This document shows positions 39,944 through 52,450 of a DNA stretch of 64,000 bases, piece after piece. The position numbers and the translations under genes were made by a program. Source of the DNA: an uncultured Cytophagia bacterium (lineage in GTDB: Bacteria > Zhuqueibacterota > Zhuqueibacteria > Thermofontimicrobiales > Thermofontimicrobiaceae); the NCBI GenBank assembly GCA_964605145.1, contig CAZSBG010000006.1, forward strand, positions 28,788 through 92,787, given 5' to 3'. Within the stretch, counting starts at the first letter, position 1, and every line of letters begins with the position of its first letter. The notes under the pieces are model-generated. The model saw only the letters and a program-made list of their open reading frames with translations, made no database searches and was not told the DNA's origin.

Positions 39944-42601
39944 ATGAAACGAACAATTTATCTCATATTATTTCTTTCTTTTCTTCTTTTTATTTTTGTA
40001 ACAGAAAATTATGGAAAATCGGTCCGGGTAGACACCCTTCGTCTGAAATATAAGGGACAGGACAAACCTCCTTATTGTTTTGTTGCTCATAAAAAAATCG
40101 GTCGGCCTAAAATTGGTCTGGCTTTAAGTGGGGGCGGTGCACGAGGATTCGCGCAAATTGGAGTGCTTCAGGTCCTTGAAGAAAATGCCATTCCCATTGA
40201 TGTTATTGTGGGAACCAGTATGGGAAGCATTGTTGGAGGATTGTATGCTTCCGGGTATTCTCCTGATCAAATCGAATACCTGGCCAAATCAATCGACTGG
40301 AGCAAAATTATGGTGGACACACCTCCACGGTCAAGCCTTTTCATTGGCCAAAAACAGGAGCGAAGCCGAACCATTCTTCAAATCAGATTTAGAGGATTGC
40401 GTCCATCGATCCCTCAGGCAATAACACCCGGACAGAAATTAACTTCAATTTTGACCAATCTCTATCTTAAAGCGGACTACCAAACAAGTTCTGATTTCGA
40501 TAAGTTAAAAATTCCATTTCAAGCTCTGGCCTGCGACCTGATCTCCGGCCAAAAAGTCGTATTAAGGAATGGAAATCTTGCCGAAGCCATGAAGGCCTCC
40601 TCTGCCGTTCCATTATTGTTTTCTCCTGTGCCGCACGACTCTATGCTTCTTGTCGATGGTGGACTCCTCAATAATATTCCTGTTGATGATGTTCGCAAGG
40701 CCGGCGCAAATATCGTACTGGCATTGGATACCGCTTCGAAATTGCGCCAAAAGAATCAATTATCTGCACCATGGGAAATCGCTGACCAGGTGACGACGAT
40801 CATGCAACGTGAAAAACTGGAGGAACAAAGAAACAAAGCTGATGTACTCATTAAAGTTGATTTAGATGATTACAAATCAGATAGCTTTCAAAAAGTCGAC
40901 CAGATAATTGAGGCAGGCAGGGAAGAAACAATAAAAAAAATCTATCCCATTAAAAAATTAATTCTGGAATCAAATAACGATACATATTCCAAATTTCCAT
41001 ACCATATAAAAAAAGTGGAAGTTACCGGCGTACAAGATACTTTAAAAAACCTGATCCTGGATATTCTGAATATTCAATTGAACGAAAAGGCTTCGTATGC
41101 TGATATTCATTCCATTTTAACATCCATTTATGAAACCGGTTATTTCGAGCATGTTGAAGCAGAATGTATTCTTGACAATTTGGAACTTTCTGTGAAATTT
41201 CTCCTGTCACCCAATCCACAATTTTGTGATGTAGTTTTCAAGGGAAATACAGTTTTCCCTGATTCAATTCTCAGCGCCCAGATTGCATGTAAAAAGAACA
41301 TGCCGGTAAATTATAAACAATCCAAGCATGATATTGCTAATATTATTCGTTTGTATAAAAGCAACGGCTATGCTATTGTTTCAATAAATGAAATCCAAAT
41401 ACATAATGATTCGTTATTTATTAATATTAACGAAGGCCTAATTTCTTCCATAAAAATTGATGGAAATGTTCGGACAAAAGATTTTGTGATATTAAGGGAA
41501 TTTCCCTTGAAAGATGGTGATATTTTTAATCTCAACAAAGCAGACGATGGCATAAATAATATACACAGCACCAATTTATTCGAAACCGTATCTCTTGAAG
41601 TAAATCGAATTGATCGATCAGCGGAGCTTGTCATAAAAATAAGAGAAAGAGCTTTCAGTATTATCAAGCTCAGTTATAATTACAATTTGAAAAAACGAAA
41701 CAAAGTGCTCTTTGAAATTGCTGATGAAAACTTATTTGGAACTGGAAATCAGCTGATGCTGCATACAATTTATGGTCCAAGGGAACAGCAATTCAATTTA
41801 AATTTTCGTGCAGATAGAATTTTTAAGTCCTTCGCCACAAGCGACTTTAATGCCTTTCACATTCGAGAAAAAAATTATGTTTACGAAAATGGAAAGCGTT
41901 CTGGTGAATATCAACAACAGGATTATGGTTTTTCGTTCTCCCTGGGGCAGCAGATTAAACGGCTCGGCGTAATTTCAGCGATCGCCTCTTTTAATGACAT
42001 TCGTCTGTCTTCCTTAAGCGGCTATGGCTTTCCGACTGGTAATTACGAATTGAAAACTATTGCACTACAGTCGATTGTAGATACTCAGGATACATATCCC
42101 TATCCACGAAAGGGAAAGTATTACAAATTCTTTTACAAAATGTCTTCCGCTACTTTCTTGAATAGCGAAATCTCATTTATCAAGCTATTCAATTCACTTG
42201 AATTGTATCATACATTTTTAAGAAGAAACACGCTTCATCCCAGGATATTTTGGGGCACATCAGATCTCACAACGCCATTTTTTGAGCAATATCGTTTGGG
42301 TGGCCAAAAATCTTTTTATGGATTATATGAAGACGAAATGATTGGCAGACATATTGTTGTGGGGAGTCTCGAATACCGTTACTTTTTTCCTTTTGCTTTT
42401 CCAGTCGATGTATATTGGACCATAAGATACGATATCGGCGCTACATGGGAAAATAGCGTGGATATCAATCCAAAAGATTTCAATGTTGGAATTGGAACTT
42501 CACTTGATATAAATACACCGGTTGGACCTTTCAGTATCGCGCTCGGTAAGTTATGGGAAGGTAAAAAAGTTCTGTATTTTTCGGCAGGCTTCACCTTTTA
42601 A
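39944..42601 (+). CDS. Patatin-like phospholipase fused to POTRA plus Omp85/BamA-like beta-barrel (PlpD-like, type Vd)
   Basis: Signal peptide. Patatin motifs GLALSGGGARGFAQIG (oxyanion), GTSMGS (GxSxG) and a DGG active-site Asp region. The C-terminal ~350 aa have surface-antigen-type barrel features. Confidence 0.85.
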   Translation: MKRTIYLILFLSFLLFIFVTENYGKSVRVDTLRLKYKGQDKPPYCFVAHKKIGRPKIGLALSGGGARGFAQIGVLQVLEENAIPIDVIVGTSMGSIVGGLYASGYSPDQIEYLAKSIDWSKIMVDTPPRSSLFIGQKQERSRTILQIRFRGLRPSIPQAITPGQKLTSILTNLYLKADYQTSSDFDKLKIPFQALACDLISGQKVVLRNGNLAEAMKASSAVPLLFSPVPHDSMLLVDGGLLNNIPVDDVRKAGANIVLALDTASKLRQKNQLSAPWEIADQVTTIMQREKLEEQRNKADVLIKVDLDDYKSDSFQKVDQIIEAGREETIKKIYPIKKLILESNNDTYSKFPYHIKKVEVTGVQDTLKNLILDILNIQLNEKASYADIHSILTSIYETGYFEHVEAECILDNLELSVKFLLSPNPQFCDVVFKGNTVFPDSILSAQIACKKNMPVNYKQSKHDIANIIRLYKSNGYAIVSINEIQIHNDSLFININEGLISSIKIDGNVRTKDFVILREFPLKDGDIFNLNKADDGINNIHSTNLFETVSLEVNRIDRSAELVIKIRERAFSIIKLSYNYNLKKRNKVLFEIADENLFGTGNQLMLHTIYGPREQQFNLNFRADRIFKSFATSDFNAFHIREKNYVYENGKRSGEYQQQDYGFSFSLGQQIKRLGVISAIASFNDIRLSSLSGYGFPTGNYELKTIALQSIVDTQDTYPYPRKGKYYKFFYKMSSATFLNSEISFIKLFNSLELYHTFLRRNTLHPRIFWGTSDLTTPFFEQYRLGGQKSFYGLYEDEMIGRHIVVGSLEYRYFFPFAFPVDVYWTIRYDIGATWENSVDINPKDFNVGIGTSLDINTPVGPFSIALGKLWEGKKVLYFSAGFTF

Positions 42602-42602
42602 A

Positions 42603-42649
42603 CAAAAACGCTCACTACAATCTTCACATGCAATGAGCGTTTTTCTTTC
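42603..42649. terminator. Bidirectional intrinsic terminator between the convergent PlpD-like and FecR-like genes
   Basis: AACGCTCA-19 nt loop-TGAGCGTT is followed by TTTTTCTTT on the + strand and preceded by AAAAACAAA. The latter reads as a U-tract for the - strand. Confidence 0.65.
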
Positions 42650-42666
42650 AAAATATTTTAATTCGA

Positions 42667-43497
42667 TTATTTCATTTTATCTCGCATTAGATTCCATTTC
42701 ACCCAATCTGTTTTCTCATCCTGGTCTGTATGTTCAAATTCTCCCACTTCCTTCACTTTACCTTTATTGTCAATCACTATTTTCTGCATATTTCGGACGA
42801 TATAAATCCATTCATCCAGAGATACCTCACGTGGTCCTGGAATTTCATAGGGGCCTGGAACCTCATGCACTTTTATCGACTTTGGAGTCAAATTTGTTTT
42901 TTCCGGTGCATTGGTAATTCGAACTTCTCCATTATACACCTTCAATTCAGTTGTTGAATCGGATTGCACGCCCATCCTCAAAACCGTCCCTGTTATTGCT
43001 GCAACCGCAACCGGCGCCGAAATATTAAATTTTACATTTTCATTCTTTTTCTTTACCTTGGCCCAAATATCTCCTTTTTCAACCGTCAGCGTTGTTTCTT
43101 TCACCTTTTGCTTTGTTTCTTCGTAAAGTTTAACAACATCAATAATGGTCTCCGGGGCCATCCGTACGACATCGAGTTCCAGTAATTCAAGTTCTGCTCT
43201 GGATCTCTGATAGGTTCTCACTCTGTCTCCGGAAAGCACATCGGAATTTTTCGTTGCATTCATCCATTCTTCGTTGCTCAACGCTCTTTTTTTGACGCGA
43301 CCATCAGTATATGTTATCAATCCTTTTTTAGCATCCTGCTCCAAAGCAAAGCCAATTGAAAATAAAAATATCATTCCAAGAAGAACTATTACGATTCCCC
43401 TTAAAATTTTAGATGAAGAAAATTTCGTGTTTTGCATGATTATCCTCATTTGTTTTTTAATGTTTTTTGGGAAAGTAACGATTGAAAACCAAATCAC
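42667..43497 (-). CDS. FecR-domain membrane protein
   Basis: N-terminal TM followed by a FecR-like beta-domain (LSGDRVRTYQRSRAELELLELDVVRMAPETII ... GDIWAKV ... ITGTVLRMGV). The start site is ambiguous among several in-frame Met codons. Confidence 0.55.
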   Translation of the reverse strand: MIWFSIVTFPKNIKKQMRIIMQNTKFSSSKILRGIVIVLLGMIFLFSIGFALEQDAKKGLITYTDGRVKKRALSNEEWMNATKNSDVLSGDRVRTYQRSRAELELLELDVVRMAPETIIDVVKLYEETKQKVKETTLTVEKGDIWAKVKKKNENVKFNISAPVAVAAITGTVLRMGVQSDSTTELKVYNGEVRITNAPEKTNLTPKSIKVHEVPGPYEIPGPREVSLDEWIYIVRNMQKIVIDNKGKVKEVGEFEHTDQDEKTDWVKWNLMRDKMK

Positions 43498-44788
43498 CTA
43501 ATCGTAATGCTTCTTTTGAAAACGGTTGAACTGCTCTGCTCATCAGTTCTTTATCTATTACTCTTTTGGCTTTTTTCCAACTGCTTATTTTTTCTAATTT
43601 TTTAATGAACTCAGTATAAGCAAAATCGTCATTTTTAAAAATTCTCTTTATGATGAATTTTTTACTTTTTTCATCAATCAAAAATTCAAGTGAATTTAAA
43701 GGGCCGGAAGGCTGCGCTTCGATTTTGCTGCGCGTAATTACCATGTCCATTGGATCTTTCCAGACATTGGTAATAATCGGATGTTTATTTTTATTATTTC
43801 CATTACCATTAACAGATGTTTCAGGAATTCCTTCAGATGCTATATCTCCATTTTCCAGCCCATCTACCTGACCAGTCTCTTGCCCGAAACTTTGTTTTAT
43901 TTCAGATTCATACAATCGAGATTTTTCGTCTATATCCTGCAACTTGACTTCATCTACCGGAGACATAATAAATTTTTCTATTTCATCTTCATCATGTCCC
44001 GGTGTTTTGTTCAGTGCATCCTTATCACGGTTATTGGTTTTGAAAAGAGAAGGTATGTGGGAAATTTCTATTGTGTCTTCTTTATAATCGTTAAATAACG
44101 ACTCATATTCATTATGGTTTCTTTCGCTCATGAGTAATTTGAGCAGGTCAAGACTCATTCTATCTGCTTTCCGGCCATGAATATAACCGAGAAATTCCGC
44201 AAACGCTGATACATCCGAAAGAAACGCTGATACAAAATTTGCTTCATACACTTCTTTTTCAGTTTTGTGAAGCAAGTTTTTGAAATCTACTTCTACGATA
44301 TGATACTGATCGAATTCCCTTATATTTGTAATTAATGTTTGAATGAATATCCTACAATCATCAAGACCTTCGAGTATTTGAAGAAGATCATTCTGAACGC
44401 GGTCTGATTTATTTCTGTAGAAAATTTTTAACAGCGTCGTCCCGGGTTTAACCAGAAGATCGAATTGAAGTCTGACAGTTCGATTGATGATCTCGCCCAA
44501 TTCATCCCTGGAGAAAACTGTTGCTTGTTCGTATGCCCTGATTATAGATGATTTTAATTGATTTATTTTTTCATCTTCTAAATCAAACCGTTTCGAATTT
44601 TTGAATTGAACTGGTTCCTCTGTATGAACAAATTTTTGGACGCTATTCTGTAAATAATTTTTTAAAAATATCGGTATTTTATTCTCTAATAATTCCTTAT
44701 ATAATATAATATTTCTTTGTCCGATCAATCTTTCTCGAACTGTTGCTGCCAATAACCGCTTCTCATTTTCTCCAGCTGTCGCTTCCAT
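43457..44788 (-). CDS. Hypothetical protein (443 aa), no recognisable domain
   Basis: Long ORF immediately downstream of gyrA, overlapping the FecR-like gene by ~40 nt. The central region is rich in charged residues. Confidence 0.5.
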   Translation of the reverse strand: MEATAGENEKRLLAATVRERLIGQRNIILYKELLENKIPIFLKNYLQNSVQKFVHTEEPVQFKNSKRFDLEDEKINQLKSSIIRAYEQATVFSRDELGEIINRTVRLQFDLLVKPGTTLLKIFYRNKSDRVQNDLLQILEGLDDCRIFIQTLITNIREFDQYHIVEVDFKNLLHKTEKEVYEANFVSAFLSDVSAFAEFLGYIHGRKADRMSLDLLKLLMSERNHNEYESLFNDYKEDTIEISHIPSLFKTNNRDKDALNKTPGHDEDEIEKFIMSPVDEVKLQDIDEKSRLYESEIKQSFGQETGQVDGLENGDIASEGIPETSVNGNGNNKNKHPIITNVWKDPMDMVITRSKIEAQPSGPLNSLEFLIDEKSKKFIIKRIFKNDDFAYTEFIKKLEKISSWKKAKRVIDKELMSRAVQPFSKEALRLGDLVFNRYFPKKH

Positions 44789-44861
44789 GTTGGCCCTTTC
44801 CGAGTGTCGGCTCGATTCTTTTTAATTTGTAATTCTTTTGGATTAATGAGTGTGATTTTCA

Positions 44862-47294
44862 TCACTGATTATTTTCTTTTACAATTCTTGCAACATCGGC
44901 AATCTTGTCATCTTTTCCCAGCTTAATGAGGCGTATTCCTTGTGTTGCTCTCCCCATTTTTCGAAGGGCGTTAATTGGTTGACGAATTACCTTTCCTTTT
45001 GTTGTAATGATCATCAGATCATCATCGTCAAATACTTCCTTGATAGTGACCATTTTTCCAACTTTATTAGTTGTATTCACGGTAACAATCCCCTTGCCCC
45101 CGCGTTTCGTCACTCGATACTCTGTGATAGCGGTTCGCTTGCCATATCCATTCTCAGTTACGACTAATAACGTCGAATCCTGGCGAACGGTGACCATTCC
45201 AACAACCCGATCTCCCTTTGCAAGGTTGATTCCACTGACCCCGCTAGCCTGTCTTCCCATATCACGCACATCTGATTCAAAAAAGTGAATTGCTTTGCCG
45301 AATCTCGTTCCCAAAACAATTTCCTGAGAGCCATCCGTCAGCCGTGCCTCTATTAAGTCATCACCATCCCTGATTGTTGCTGCATTTATGCCACCTCTGC
45401 GGGGATTGCTAAAAGCTGACAATACAGTTTTTTTCACCAATCCCTTCCGAGTGGCCATGATAACAAAGTGCTCATCATCGAAATCTTTTACGTTTACGAT
45501 GGATGCGATACTTTCATCTCGCTGAATATCAATCAAATTAACAATTGCTCGACCTTTCGATCCCTTTCCTGCCTGCGGAATTGAATATACTTTTAACCAA
45601 TAACATCTTCCTTTGTCTGTGAAAATCAGCATGTAATGATGTGTTGATGCAATGAAAATATGTTCAATAAAATCTTCCACATTGGTGCTGGCGCCGGAAT
45701 GACCGGTTCCTCCCCGAATTTGTCTCCTGTAACCGGACACCGGAAATCTTTTGATAAATCCGGAATGAGAAATTGTGATGACCATATCTTCTTCTGCGAT
45801 CATATCTTCTACAGAAAATTCTTCTGTTTTGATGATGATTTCAGTGCGCCGTTCATCACCGAATTTCTCTTTCAAGCCAATTAATTCTTCCTTAATAATA
45901 TTCATTCGCATTGGCTTGCTATCTAAAATCGCTCTTAATTTGTTGATTAATTTAATTGTCTCTAAATATTCTTCTTCAATTTTCTTTCTCTCCAGCCCGG
46001 TCAGTCTTTGCAGCCTCATATCCAATATTGCCTGTGCCTGAATTTCTGACAATTTGAATCGTTTCATCAATCCCTGTTTCGCAGTTTCAGGATTTTTCGA
46101 TTTTTTAATCAGAGCGATTATTTCATCGATATTATCCAGCGCAATTTTCAACCCTTCTAAAATATGGGCGCGCTTTTCAGCTTTATCCAATTGATATCTG
46201 GTTCGCCTGACAACGACTTCATGACGAAAATCGATGAAGTGCTGCAAAATTTCTTTCAAATTCAGGACCAGGGGAACACCGTCCACCAGAGCGAGCATTA
46301 TGACGCCAAAGGTTACCTGCATTTGCGTGTGACGATATAACTGATTGAGTATTACATGCGCGTGCACATCTTTGCGCAATTCGATGACAATTCGTAATCC
46401 ATCTTTATCCGATTCATCACGTATTTCTGTGATTCCCTCAATTTTACGATCATTCACAAGTGCGGCAATTTTCTCGATTAAATTTGCCTTGTTGACCATG
46501 TAAGGAATTTCACTGATCACAATCTGAAATTTTATGCCCCGAACGGATTCAACATTGGCCCTAGCACGAACTATAATTCTCCCTCTCCCGGTTGTATAGG
46601 CTTCCTTAATACCTTCTACACCATAAATGATCGCCCCGGTTGGAAAATCAGGTCCTTTGATGAATTGCATCAGGTCGTTAATCTGAATTTCAGGAGTCTC
46701 AATTTGGGCAATCAAGGCATCCACAACCTCTGTTAAATTATGCGGAGGAACATTCGTAGCCATGCCAACAGCAATACCGGATGAACCATTGACAAGCAAA
46801 TTCGGCAATAATGTGGGAAGCACCAAAGGTTCTTTCAGAGATTCATCAAAATTTGGGGTGAAATTGACTGTATCTTTATCAAGATCTTTCAGGAATTCTT
46901 CAGCAATACTTGCCAACTTTGCTTCGGTGTACCTCATCGCTGCCGGAGAATCGCCATCTATCGATCCGAAATTACCCTGGCCATTCACCAGCGGATACCG
47001 TAAAGAAAATTTTTGAACCATTCGAACCATTGAAAAATAAACTGCTGAATCGCCATGCGGATGATATTTACCCAAGACCTCACCAACAATTCTTGCACTT
47101 TTTTTGTACGACGAGTTAGGTCGCAATCCCAATTCGTGCATTCCAAAAAGCACTCTTCGGTGCACCGGTTTCAAACCATCACGAACATCAGGAAGCGCAC
47201 GCGATACAATAACCGACATCGAATAATCGATGTAGGAATCTTTCATTTCCTCTTCAATGTATATGGGAAGAATTCTCTCTCTATTGATTTCCAT
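44862..47294 (-). CDS. gyrA: DNA gyrase subunit A
   Basis: [16 protein letters not shown], the active-site Tyr region, and C-terminal beta-pinwheel repeats. 810 aa. Confidence 0.95.
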   Translation of the reverse strand: MEINRERILPIYIEEEMKDSYIDYSMSVIVSRALPDVRDGLKPVHRRVLFGMHELGLRPNSSYKKSARIVGEVLGKYHPHGDSAVYFSMVRMVQKFSLRYPLVNGQGNFGSIDGDSPAAMRYTEAKLASIAEEFLKDLDKDTVNFTPNFDESLKEPLVLPTLLPNLLVNGSSGIAVGMATNVPPHNLTEVVDALIAQIETPEIQINDLMQFIKGPDFPTGAIIYGVEGIKEAYTTGRGRIIVRARANVESVRGIKFQIVISEIPYMVNKANLIEKIAALVNDRKIEGITEIRDESDKDGLRIVIELRKDVHAHVILNQLYRHTQMQVTFGVIMLALVDGVPLVLNLKEILQHFIDFRHEVVVRRTRYQLDKAEKRAHILEGLKIALDNIDEIIALIKKSKNPETAKQGLMKRFKLSEIQAQAILDMRLQRLTGLERKKIEEEYLETIKLINKLRAILDSKPMRMNIIKEELIGLKEKFGDERRTEIIIKTEEFSVEDMIAEEDMVITISHSGFIKRFPVSGYRRQIRGGTGHSGASTNVEDFIEHIFIASTHHYMLIFTDKGRCYWLKVYSIPQAGKGSKGRAIVNLIDIQRDESIASIVNVKDFDDEHFVIMATRKGLVKKTVLSAFSNPRRGGINAATIRDGDDLIEARLTDGSQEIVLGTRFGKAIHFFESDVRDMGRQASGVSGINLAKGDRVVGMVTVRQDSTLLVVTENGYGKRTAITEYRVTKRGGKGIVTVNTTNKVGKMVTIKEVFDDDDLMIITTKGKVIRQPINALRKMGRATQGIRLIKLGKDDKIADVARIVKENNQ

Positions 47295-47316
47295 GTTCTT
47301 TTCTCACAATGCTATG

Positions 47317-49263
<1,947 letters not shown>

Positions 49264-49352
49264 TTATTTTTATCCCGTGAAATTAGGATGGAAAAACGTG
49301 GGGAATTTTTTGCTGTTCAGCAGATCCCCTGTAAATTTCGAAGACGAAAATC

Positions 49353-49640
49353 TTAGTACAATCTTATATCCTTAATAATATCTTTGCCCACTTTTTTATT
49401 CAATCTCTCAATGATGTTTTTTTTGAGAAAGAGAAGTTCATTTCTCCAGCTATCATTCAACACCCTAACGAATAACACGTGATGTTCAATTTTTTTCGCC
49501 TCACTCACGTCAGCTATCCTTTTTCCCACTACAATTGGCCAGAGATTTAACACCTGGTTCACCTGAACCTGTTCTTCTATGCCTAAATTTTTAATTAAAT
49601 TTTTTAATGCTTGTTCGAGGGTTTTCATCATAGCCACCAA
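49353..49640 (-). CDS. DUF721 (DciA-like) protein
   Basis: ~95-aa protein in the conserved slot between recF and gyrB. Confidence 0.6.
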   Translation of the reverse strand: MVAMMKTLEQALKNLIKNLGIEEQVQVNQVLNLWPIVVGKRIADVSEAKKIEHHVLFVRVLNDSWRNELLFLKKNIIERLNKKVGKDIIKDIRLY

Positions 49641-50765
49641 TCAACTATCTGATTTTTTCCCTTCTGCAACAGTTCCCCTGGAAATGAAGAAATATTTATC
49701 TTCATCATTTTTTTCTGATTTATTATGAACGCTCGTTGAAGTAATAAATATTTGTCCTTTATCATTTAATACATCCAGAATTCTGCTTTCCCTGCTCACA
49801 TCCAATTCTGAATAGAGATCGTCAATCAAAATAATTGGTTTTTCTTGCTTCTGATTTTCAATCAAATCAGCTTCAGCAATGACAAGCGATATTAAAGTTG
49901 TTTTGTGTTGCCCTCTCGATCCGAATTTTTTAATATCCTGATCATTAATTTTAAATATAAAATCGTCACGATGCGGACCTGTCAAACTGGTTCCACGTTT
50001 AATTTCCTTTTGTCTTTTTCTATTGAGTTTCTCTTTAAAAACTTCCTGTATATTTTCTCCTACTTTAAAACCAATATTCGGCTTATAAGCAAATGATAAA
50101 ATTTCATTATTGGTTACAAAATTCGAATAAATACCAGAGATGATTTCCGAAAAAGTTTTAGAAAATTTCATCCGATGTTCAATGAGGGCACTTCCCACCT
50201 GAATTAATTTTTCATCCCAGGGATCTAATATTGCAGGTGATTTAAAGCCGGATACTTTCCAGTCCAATAATATTGAATTTCTTTGCTGAACAATTCGATG
50301 ATATTCTTGTAAAAAACGAAAATACCTTTTATAAATTTGTGATAAAAGAATATCAACAAATTTTCTTCGTTCCGGCGGTGGTCCGAGCGTCAGATTATAT
50401 TCTTCAGGAGATGAAATTACAACAGGGAAATTTCCAATCAACTCGGATATTTTACTCAACCTTTTGCGGTTGATTGAAATTTGTTTTCCCTGATTTATGG
50501 AACAGTTAAAGACGATTTTTTGGACAGTACTATTATCAAGAACAATCTCCCCCTTTATCAGGAACTCTTTGGCTGCAAACTGAATTGCCTCTTTTTCATG
50601 TTTTGTCCTGAAACTTTTCGAAAGGCACAACAGGTAAATCGCTTCTAATAAATTTGTTTTTCCCTGAGCATTATCTCCAATAAAAAAATTCTTACGGGGA
50701 CTAAAATCTATCACCTCATGCTGATAATTTCTAAAGTCAGCTAATTCGATCGATTTGAGAATCAT
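49641..50765 (-). CDS. recF: DNA replication and repair protein RecF
   Basis: Walker A GDNAQGKTNLLEAI, SMC-like signature and Walker B (IILIDDLYSELD). Confidence 0.9.
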   Translation of the reverse strand: MILKSIELADFRNYQHEVIDFSPRKNFFIGDNAQGKTNLLEAIYLLCLSKSFRTKHEKEAIQFAAKEFLIKGEIVLDNSTVQKIVFNCSINQGKQISINRKRLSKISELIGNFPVVISSPEEYNLTLGPPPERRKFVDILLSQIYKRYFRFLQEYHRIVQQRNSILLDWKVSGFKSPAILDPWDEKLIQVGSALIEHRMKFSKTFSEIISGIYSNFVTNNEILSFAYKPNIGFKVGENIQEVFKEKLNRKRQKEIKRGTSLTGPHRDDFIFKINDQDIKKFGSRGQHKTTLISLVIAEADLIENQKQEKPIILIDDLYSELDVSRESRILDVLNDKGQIFITSTSVHNKSEKNDEDKYFFISRGTVAEGKKSDS

Positions 50766-50774
50766 GGATAGAAA

Positions 50775-51902
50775 TTATCCTTCATTTAACCGAATTGGCA
50801 TTATCAACATCATCAAATCCTCACCATCTTTCTGACTGGTCGGCGTTACGATAGCCGCGCTCACTGAATCTTTTATAAGAAAATTGACTTCTTCTGTATC
50901 GATGTTTTTTATGATATCCAAAATATAGATGCCGTTATATCCTACTTCAATGTTGTCAAAATCGTATTTAATGGCAACTTCCTCTTTTCCTTCACCACCA
51001 AATTCAATATCTTCAGAACTCACTCGCATCACATCATTGTCAATATCAAACTTGATTTGATGCGTAAACGAATTAGAGAAAATAGCCACTCGCTTGACTG
51101 CAGCCGCCAATTCATTTTTATCCACAGTCAGTTTTTTATCATTATCTATGGGGATTACATTTTCATATTTGGGATATTGTCCTTCGATAATTTTCGAGTA
51201 AACAAATGTTTCATCCAACTTAAAGACAACATGATTTTCTCCCATAGAAATATTGATATTTTTTTGCTCTTCCAATGCTTCAATATTTCTCAGAATGAGA
51301 GCCAGCGCCTTAGTTGGAACGATCACATTTTTTTGAAATTCAGGCGATTTTATATTCAAATTTTTAATACGCACCAATCGATGACCATCGGTAGCCACGC
51401 ATCGAAATTCTTCCTGCATCAATTGAAAATAGACGCCCATTAAAGTTGTTCTCAATTCATCCGTGGAAACTGCGAAAATTGTTTTATTGATCATTCTAAG
51501 CAATGTATCGCTATCAATATCGATCTGGCCTTCGGAGTCTTCCAGCACAATACTTGGAAATTCTTCTTTTGGCTGACTGCTCAGTTTATACAAACCATTT
51601 TTGGTACGAAGTGAAATTTTTCCCTGATCTTCAACCTGCAGTTCCAGCGGTATTTCAGGAAGTTCTCTTAAAATTTCGTTCATCGATCTAGCTGGCACTG
51701 CACACGATCCATCCATACTTCCGTTTACATCAATCTCGGTAGAAATGCAAATTTCCAGATCTGTACCGGTTATTTGAAGTCTATTGCCTTGAAGTTCCAG
51801 TAACATATTTTCTAAAATTGGAATCGTGGTTTTGCTCGGTATTACGCCGACGACTTTTTGCAATCCTTTTTGAAGTACACCTTTGGATACTGTAAAGTGC
51901 AT
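50775..51902 (-). CDS. dnaN: DNA polymerase III beta sliding clamp
   Basis: Three-domain ~375-aa clamp pattern; position between dnaA and recF. Confidence 0.9.
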   Translation of the reverse strand: MHFTVSKGVLQKGLQKVVGVIPSKTTIPILENMLLELQGNRLQITGTDLEICISTEIDVNGSMDGSCAVPARSMNEILRELPEIPLELQVEDQGKISLRTKNGLYKLSSQPKEEFPSIVLEDSEGQIDIDSDTLLRMINKTIFAVSTDELRTTLMGVYFQLMQEEFRCVATDGHRLVRIKNLNIKSPEFQKNVIVPTKALALILRNIEALEEQKNINISMGENHVVFKLDETFVYSKIIEGQYPKYENVIPIDNDKKLTVDKNELAAAVKRVAIFSNSFTHQIKFDIDNDVMRVSSEDIEFGGEGKEEVAIKYDFDNIEVGYNGIYILDIIKNIDTEEVNFLIKDSVSAAIVTPTSQKDGEDLMMLIMPIRLNEG

Positions 51903-52450
51903 TTTAGACTCCTTTATCGTTCAATTTATTTTATCGAAAATAATATTGTATAATATAAAGAATAAAAATAAAATTATCAATACTTTTTTCTATCCATAAA
52001 AGTTAATCAGTTTTGTGTGATTTCAATTTGGATACAGAACAAAATGTGACGCTTGTAATATAAAATATATATAATAAATATTAAAGAATAGTTATTATAG
52101 TATAGATGTTGATAACTGACTTCTATGAAAAATTTATTTGTTATTTTCAATAAAAATAAAGGAATTAAAGAGAAGGAGTGTTGTGAATAACTTTGGAATG
52201 AATGTTGAGAAATTGTTAATATGGTTACGGGTTATTCACGTGTATTTAAAATTTTTGAAACTGGCTATGTTTTGGCTAAATTATTCACATCGATTGATAT
52301 CGTTCATGTGTTCGTCTGGGGATAAATTGTGAATAATAAAAAATGATATAATAAATTGGTTGTACATGAATTAAACACATTTTTACTGAAATTTGCAAAA
52401 TGGAAATGTTGATAACCAGTATATTTTCATTTTGGAATAAGTTCAAGAAT
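51903..52450. promoter_or_regulatory. Candidate oriC: AT-rich dnaA-dnaN intergenic region with four DnaA boxes
   Basis: TTATTCACA (matching TTATNCACA) at 52281-52289, and its reverse complement TGTGAATAA at 52182-52190 and 52328-52336. TTATTCACG at 52232-52240. Weaker TTATCAACA-type sites nearby. Classical position downstream of dnaA. Confidence 0.6.
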
